Source: an uncultured delta proteobacterium
GTDB lineage: Bacteria; Desulfobacterota; Binatia; HRBIN30; BPIQ01
Length of the DNA stretch: 64,000 bases
Direction of reading: 5' to 3'
Assembly (NCBI GenBank): GCA_963761335.1
Contig: CAVXGR010000005.1
Span: 288,001-352,000 of the forward strand
Below are positions 59,265 to 64,000 of this stretch, piece by piece (within the stretch, counting starts at the first letter, position 1; each line of letters starts with the position of its first letter). The notes under the pieces were generated by a model. That model did no database searches, was not told the origin of the DNA, and saw nothing but the letters and a program-made list of their open reading frames with translations. The translations under genes were made by a program, and so were the position numbers.

Positions 59265-60439
59265 GCCGCCACCTCCGCCACCAGAGTATCCAGCCTGCGG
59301 GCCTCGCGCCGCAAGTCGGACTCGTTGCCCACCGCCGCGCCTTCGAGCAGGAGGCGCACGCCGGCTTCGGATACGGAGCGGCGGCTCCGCGCCCGTTCGG
59401 CGACCACAGCGAGCGCCGATTCCGGCGGCAGGCCCAGGGCGCGGCGCAGGCGCTCCGCGGTGAGCTCGCGATAGCATTCGAGAATCCGCTGGTGATCGCC
59501 GCTGCGGGCGTAGAGACGGGCGACCGAGTCGACGAATGCGGAGAAGGTGGGCGGCGCGGCCTCGGACGCGGAGCGGTCCGACGGCGGCAGGGTGGCGCCG
59601 CGCCAGGCAAAGAGCGCGCCGAGGGCGGCCAGTCCGATGAATACCCCCAGCGCGGGTGAGGTCAGCAGATAACGGAGGGCGCTGGTCTCCAGGCGCATTC
59701 CGTGAGTGCGCTCGTCGAAGCGCGGCACTCCATACTGGCGCACCAGGTCGACGGCGAAGGGCGCGGCATCGCCGCTGGCCAGCCAGCGGTTGCGAAGGAA
59801 TCGGGCATCGGCGACCACGGCGATGTGGCCCTCGCCGAGGCGGCGCTCGATGACGAAGGGCGAGCCGTCGAGGGCGGCGGCGACCCGCCAGTCGGGCGCC
59901 GCGGCAAAAGTGCGCAGACCGGCAGGCATCCACAGCGGCAGCGGCACGAGCGCGCCCGACAGGGGGACGGAGCCGCTGCCTGGGCTGGCCGCCGTGTTGC
60001 TCTCGCCGTCCTCGCCGCCGGCGGAGGTGCGCGCCGGCAGAGAGATGGAGCCGATTCGCGAGCAGGCATCCGTTCCGAGAAAGATGACTGCGGTGCCGCC
60101 GTCGGCGACCCAGTGGTCGAGCGGCCAGATCTCCTCTGGCGGCTCGGGATTCGCCTCGGACCTCGCCGAGGCGGCCTCTGCCGCGTCGGCTTTGCAGACG
60201 CCTGCCGGCTCGATCCACCAGACGGTCGAGCTCGCCGGCAGCTCCTCGACCGGCGCATAGCTGCGCGACACCGGCAGGTGCAGCTCGGCGAGCAGGTTGA
60301 AGACAGCGCCGTAGCCGGCGGGCATGGTGCCGAAGGTGGTGGGTGTCGCCTGCCGGCTCATGTTCGCCGAGGAGAAGAGATTGATGGCGGTGAGCGCCGC
60401 GACCAGCGCCGCCAGAGACGCCAGCGCCGAGCGCCTCAT
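59261..60439 (-). CDS. DUF4350-like membrane-anchored protein
   Basis: N-terminal TM, FLRNRWL...DA and FDER motifs; coupled to MoxR. Confidence 0.7.
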   Translation of the reverse strand: MRRSALASLAALVAALTAINLFSSANMSRQATPTTFGTMPAGYGAVFNLLAELHLPVSRSYAPVEELPASSTVWWIEPAGVCKADAAEAASARSEANPEPPEEIWPLDHWVADGGTAVIFLGTDACSRIGSISLPARTSAGGEDGESNTAASPGSGSVPLSGALVPLPLWMPAGLRTFAAAPDWRVAAALDGSPFVIERRLGEGHIAVVADARFLRNRWLASGDAAPFAVDLVRQYGVPRFDERTHGMRLETSALRYLLTSPALGVFIGLAALGALFAWRGATLPPSDRSASEAAPPTFSAFVDSVARLYARSGDHQRILECYRELTAERLRRALGLPPESALAVVAERARSRRSVSEAGVRLLLEGAAVGNESDLRREARRLDTLVAEVAA

Positions 60440-61056
60440 GCGCGTTCCCCGTACAGCAGGCGCGCGTGCAGGCTGCGCCACGATTCGTACAGGTCCTGAT
60501 CGTCGACGCGGTCGCGGAACCAGCGGCGCTCGAAGCGGTCGAGGAGTGAGAGCAGGACCTGCCGCTCGGCGGCGGGCAGGCGAGCCTGGAGAATGCGGCG
60601 CCGCAGAACGCGGTTGGGCTCCGAGCGGCGCAGCTCGACGATGCCGCGCCGCAGCAGGAGATCGAGAACGGCGAGCTGCATGCGGTGCGCGGCCTCGAGG
60701 AAGCGTCCGCTACCGGCGAGCGATTCGGCCTCGCTGGCGAAGGGCGGCGGTGCGCCGCCCTCCTCCGGCGATGGCGCCGGCGCCGGATCGCGGCGCATGG
60801 CGACGCGTACCGACCAGGTGAGATGGGCGAGGAGCAGCGCGCTGACCAGCAGCAGGCCACCGAGCATGAGCCAGTACAGCACCGGCGAGCCGGAGGCCAG
60901 TCGGTCGATCCATCTCTGCAGGGTGCTGAACCACCGCTGCAAGCGGTGCAGCCAGACCGCCGGATCGCTGCGCCACCGGGTGTAGTCCCGTCGCTGCAGA
61001 ATCTCGGCGGCGAGGGCGCGGATGGCGCCGTCGGAATCGGGGATGGGTTGCATCAT
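60436..61056 (-). CDS. DUF4129-like membrane protein
   Basis: [20 protein letters not shown] and FERRWF motifs; position in the MoxR cluster. Confidence 0.65.
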   Translation of the reverse strand: MMQPIPDSDGAIRALAAEILQRRDYTRWRSDPAVWLHRLQRWFSTLQRWIDRLASGSPVLYWLMLGGLLLVSALLLAHLTWSVRVAMRRDPAPAPSPEEGGAPPPFASEAESLAGSGRFLEAAHRMQLAVLDLLLRRGIVELRRSEPNRVLRRRILQARLPAAERQVLLSLLDRFERRWFRDRVDDQDLYESWRSLHARLLYGERA

Positions 61057-61811
61057 CGCTCGACTCGCGACTCCGCCCCGGCGTCCTCGGTGAGCAATCG
61101 AGAGAGATGCTCGACGTCGAATCCCTCCTTGCGACAGCGGATGTCGAAGTAGAGGAGAACGGTCACCGCCGATCCGTAGGCCAGCGCGAGCGAGCGCACC
61201 ACGGCGTCGGCCAGAGGTCCGATGACCGGCACGGCGCCGGCGACCAGAGCCACGCCGGTGAGCAGCACCGAGATGATCAGGCCGGCGACCAGGAGGATCG
61301 CGAAGCCGCGGCCGAAGTTGCCCCGCATCAGCTCTCGGCTGCGGTGCAGGGCGCGGGTGCCGTAGAGATGCTCGAGGACCATCACCTGCCATACCAGGAG
61401 AAAAGCGAGCGACAGATAGATGCCGGGGATCACCAGCAGGAGAAAGCCGAGGCCGAGCGCCAGGTAGAGAAGGATCGAGGTGCCGAAGACCGGGAGCAGC
61501 AGCCGCACGCCCTCGCGCAACGAGTCTCCAATCGACGGTGTTCGGCCGAGATAGAGCTCGCCCAGCGCGTGGGTGATGGCGACGGTGACCACCGGGGAGG
61601 CGAGCAGATACAGAAGCGCGACGATCAGCCAGAGAGCGATCGTGGCTTCGCTGGGAGCATAGGCGCCGCTGCCGAAGAGCATCGGCGGAATGGCGAGCGG
61701 CAGGTAGAGCGCCGCGGCGATGCCGAGCAGCAGCTCGAGATGATTGCGGACGAGACGGAAGCCCGTGTCGAGCATCTCGCCGAGAGACATCGGTCGAATG
61801 TCGTATCGCAT
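61053..61811 (-). CDS. Polytopic membrane protein of the MoxR cluster
   Basis: RPMSLGEMLD, VIPGI, ALHRS.EL and LYFDIRCRKEGFD motifs. Confidence 0.8.
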   Translation of the reverse strand: MRYDIRPMSLGEMLDTGFRLVRNHLELLLGIAAALYLPLAIPPMLFGSGAYAPSEATIALWLIVALLYLLASPVVTVAITHALGELYLGRTPSIGDSLREGVRLLLPVFGTSILLYLALGLGFLLLVIPGIYLSLAFLLVWQVMVLEHLYGTRALHRSRELMRGNFGRGFAILLVAGLIISVLLTGVALVAGAVPVIGPLADAVVRSLALAYGSAVTVLLYFDIRCRKEGFDVEHLSRLLTEDAGAESRVER

Positions 61812-61948
61812 CGGTGTCCTCCCTGGAGACTGGGTACTTTCCTCCTCTCCGCTGTGTGTCACTTCGCCGGAGGCATTTCCAGCGCGTCGATCCCGATGCC
61901 GCGCTCCCGGCTCGCGCTCCCGGCGGTTCATCGTGCATAATCGGCAGC

Positions 61949-62821
61949 ATGCCTTCTCGCTGGGACCGGCGCCTGCTGATCGCCGGGGTTCGCCTGCTGC
62001 CGAAGAATCTTCTCTCGCGAGCCGCCGGGCGCGCGACGGCGTGGAAGCTTCCCGCCGCTCTGCAGCGGCTCGAGATCCGCGCCTTCGCCGCGGCCGTCGG
62101 CGCCGATCTCAGCGAGGCCGCAGATCCGCTCGACTCCTTCACCTCCATGCAGGAGTTCTTCACGCGCCGCCTCGGGGATGGCGTTCGCCCGATCGATGCG
62201 GCGCCGGAGGCACTGGTGGCGCCCTGCGATGGCCTCTGGGGAACCGCCGGCAAGATCGACGCCGGCGTGCTTCTGCAGGTCAAGGGGCAGCCGTACTCAC
62301 TGGCGGCGCTCCTCGGCAGCGCCGCGGCGGCACAGCGTTTCGAAGGCGGTGCCTACGCGACCTTCTATCTGTCGCCGCGCGACTATCACCGCTTCCACGC
62401 CCCGTGCAGCCTGCGCGTGCTGCGCGCCACGCATCTCCCGGGCGCGCTCTGGCCGGTGAACCGCGCCGGCGTCGAGGGCGTTCCCGGTCTCTTCGCCCAG
62501 AACGAGCGCATCTGCGCCTATGCCGCCGTCGGCAGTGAGGAACGCGAACGCCTGTGCCTGGTCGCCGTCGGGGCGACGCTGGTCGGCAAGGTGCGGGTGC
62601 AGTTCGACGCCGAGCTGACCACCAACGCGCGCGCCGGCGAGCCACTGTCGCACGCCTATGGGGCCGAGGGCATCGCCTTCGCCAAGGGTCGGGAGCTCGG
62701 TCGCTTCGAGTTCGGCTCCACCATCGTCATGCTGACCGCCACCGGCCTCGGCGAGATCGAGGCGCAGCCGTCCGGAAGCCGCCTGCGCCTCGGCACCCGC
62801 ATCGGCACTCTCCGCGGCTGA
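61949..62821 (+). CDS. psd: Phosphatidylserine decarboxylase proenzyme
   Basis: FFTRRL, APCDG, YLSPRDYHRFHAP, NER and FEFGST cleavage motif. Confidence 0.93.
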   Translation: MPSRWDRRLLIAGVRLLPKNLLSRAAGRATAWKLPAALQRLEIRAFAAAVGADLSEAADPLDSFTSMQEFFTRRLGDGVRPIDAAPEALVAPCDGLWGTAGKIDAGVLLQVKGQPYSLAALLGSAAAAQRFEGGAYATFYLSPRDYHRFHAPCSLRVLRATHLPGALWPVNRAGVEGVPGLFAQNERICAYAAVGSEERERLCLVAVGATLVGKVRVQFDAELTTNARAGEPLSHAYGAEGIAFAKGRELGRFEFGSTIVMLTATGLGEIEAQPSGSRLRLGTRIGTLRG

Positions 62822-62885
62822 AGCGAGCCGGAGGGCGGCGGCGGGACGCCGCCTCTGCGGGCGAATCCGCAGCGCCGCGGACTCT

Positions 62886-63743
62886 TCAGCCGGCGGCGGC
62901 TGAGGGCGGCTCCGCGTCGGCGGCCGGGGGCTGCGGGCGCCCCTTGAACTCGTCCATCGAGGCGTTGACGCCGAGGAAGGTGGCGATCCAGTCGAAGAGC
63001 GGTACCGGCAGGAAGCGCATGGGCGGCACGAGGTAGATCAACGGCGGCATCCAGACGCGCGCCCGATCGTTGCGGATCGCTTGCACGACTCGCTCCGCGA
63101 CCTGCTCCTCCTCGAGGATCGGCAACAGCCGCGGGAAGCGCGAGCGGACGCCACGGAACATCCCCGTGTTGATGTAGAAGGGACAGACGATGGTGGTGCG
63201 CACCTGCGGTGCGGTGCTGCGCAGCTCGGCGCGCAGCGACTCGTCGAACCCCATGGCCGCCCACTTGGTGGCGGCGTAGTCGCTCAGCCGAGCCACGCCG
63301 ATCAGCGCCGAAGCCGAGGCGATCGTCACCACGTGCCCGCGGCTCTGGGCGACCATGTGCGGTAGGAAGGCCTTTGCCGTCCAGAACAGCGACAGCGCGT
63401 TGACCGCAAACGACGCTTCGATTCTGTCGTCGGGAATTTCCAGCAGCGGCCTGCCGCTGACGATGCCGGCATTGTTGATGAGGATGTCGACGGGGCCGAC
63501 GGCAGCGCGCACCTCGTCGGCGCGCGCGTACACCTGCTCGCGGTTGGATACGTCGCAGAGAAAGCCCACCGCCTTCTCGCGCGCCTCGCCGTTGATCTCG
63601 GCGACGACGCGGTCGAGGTTCTGCTGGTGGATGTCCCAGATGACCAGACGCCCGCCGCGCGCCGCCAGCTTCTTCCCCATCAGCCGGCCGATGCCGCTGG
63701 CGCCGCCGGTGATCAGGATGGTTCTGCCGTTGATGATACTCAT
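62886..63743 (-). CDS. SDR-family oxidoreductase (retinol dehydrogenase-like)
   Basis: TGGASGIG, NNAG, YAATK and CPFYINTGMF motifs. Confidence 0.92.
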   Translation of the reverse strand: MSIINGRTILITGGASGIGRLMGKKLAARGGRLVIWDIHQQNLDRVVAEINGEAREKAVGFLCDVSNREQVYARADEVRAAVGPVDILINNAGIVSGRPLLEIPDDRIEASFAVNALSLFWTAKAFLPHMVAQSRGHVVTIASASALIGVARLSDYAATKWAAMGFDESLRAELRSTAPQVRTTIVCPFYINTGMFRGVRSRFPRLLPILEEEQVAERVVQAIRNDRARVWMPPLIYLVPPMRFLPVPLFDWIATFLGVNASMDEFKGRPQPPAADAEPPSAAAG

Positions 63744-63763
63744 GGACCTTTCCGAAGCGCGGC

Positions 63764-64000
63764 TCAGCTAAACCTTGGCCCTCCCGGGATGCTGTTCTCT
63801 CCGGTGAAGAGCCGCCACTCGCCGCCGATCAGTCGTTCGTGCGGCAGGTAGCGGGCCTTGTAAGCCATCGAGCGGCATCCGGCAACGTAGAGGCCGAGAT
63901 AGAGGTGACGCAGCCCCCAGGTGCGGCAGAGCGCCATCTGCTTGAGGATCGAGTAGGTTCCCGGGCTCAGAGCCGCGTCGCTGGGATCGTAGTAGCAGTA
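63764..64000 (-). CDS. 3' end of an ATE/Bpt-family aminoacyl-tRNA-protein transferase, truncated by the window edge
   Basis: Hand translation YCYYDP..LSPGTYSILKQ..LYLGLYV.GC.SMAYKARYLPHE. Confidence 0.85.
   Translation of the reverse strand, partial: YCYYDPSDAALSPGTYSILKQMALCRTWGLRHLYLGLYVAGCRSMAYKARYLPHERLIGGEWRLFTGENSIPGGPRFS

Overview
A 64-kb, very GC-rich bacterial chromosomal segment. The gene style (a secreted protein with a CAGDCN dockerin-like module and Pro/Thr linkers, amidohydrolase/P450/SDR genes, many sigma54 activators) suggests a deltaproteobacterial/Binatia-like soil organism; this taxonomy is inference only. Main contents: (1) A ~16-kb potassium-uptake island: kup, two unannotated micro-ORFs (one is kdpF), kdpA-C-B in non-canonical order, a KdpD split into pieces plus an extra HAMP kinase, and two AlgB-like sigma54 activators, with no kdpE. 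GG-N10-GC promoters and a TGCA-N3-TGCA motif lie upstream. (2) A sigma54 two-component system flanked by a porin-like/SBP-like pair and a 9-heme cytochrome c with an Ig-like domain and a Thr/Pro/Arg tail. (3) A selenoprotein candidate hidden by an in-frame TGA (ALAD-U-GSC), coupled to a thioredoxin-like gene. (4) Many GTAG-type REP palindromes, including a TIR-bounded MITE-like element that sits at REP loops and is amplified into an 8 x ~85-bp tandem array (not CRISPR). (5) Housekeeping and accessory genes: a MazF/PemK TA pair, ClC, EmrAB-like efflux, MltB-like enzyme, TPM pair, sulfatase, gpmA, a P450-NMO-SDR operon, a MoxR/DUF58/RDD cluster, two PS-decarboxylase homologues (one lacking its autocleavage motif), and the 3' end of an arginyl/leucyl-transferase gene. 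No rRNA, tRNA, transposase or cas gene was seen.
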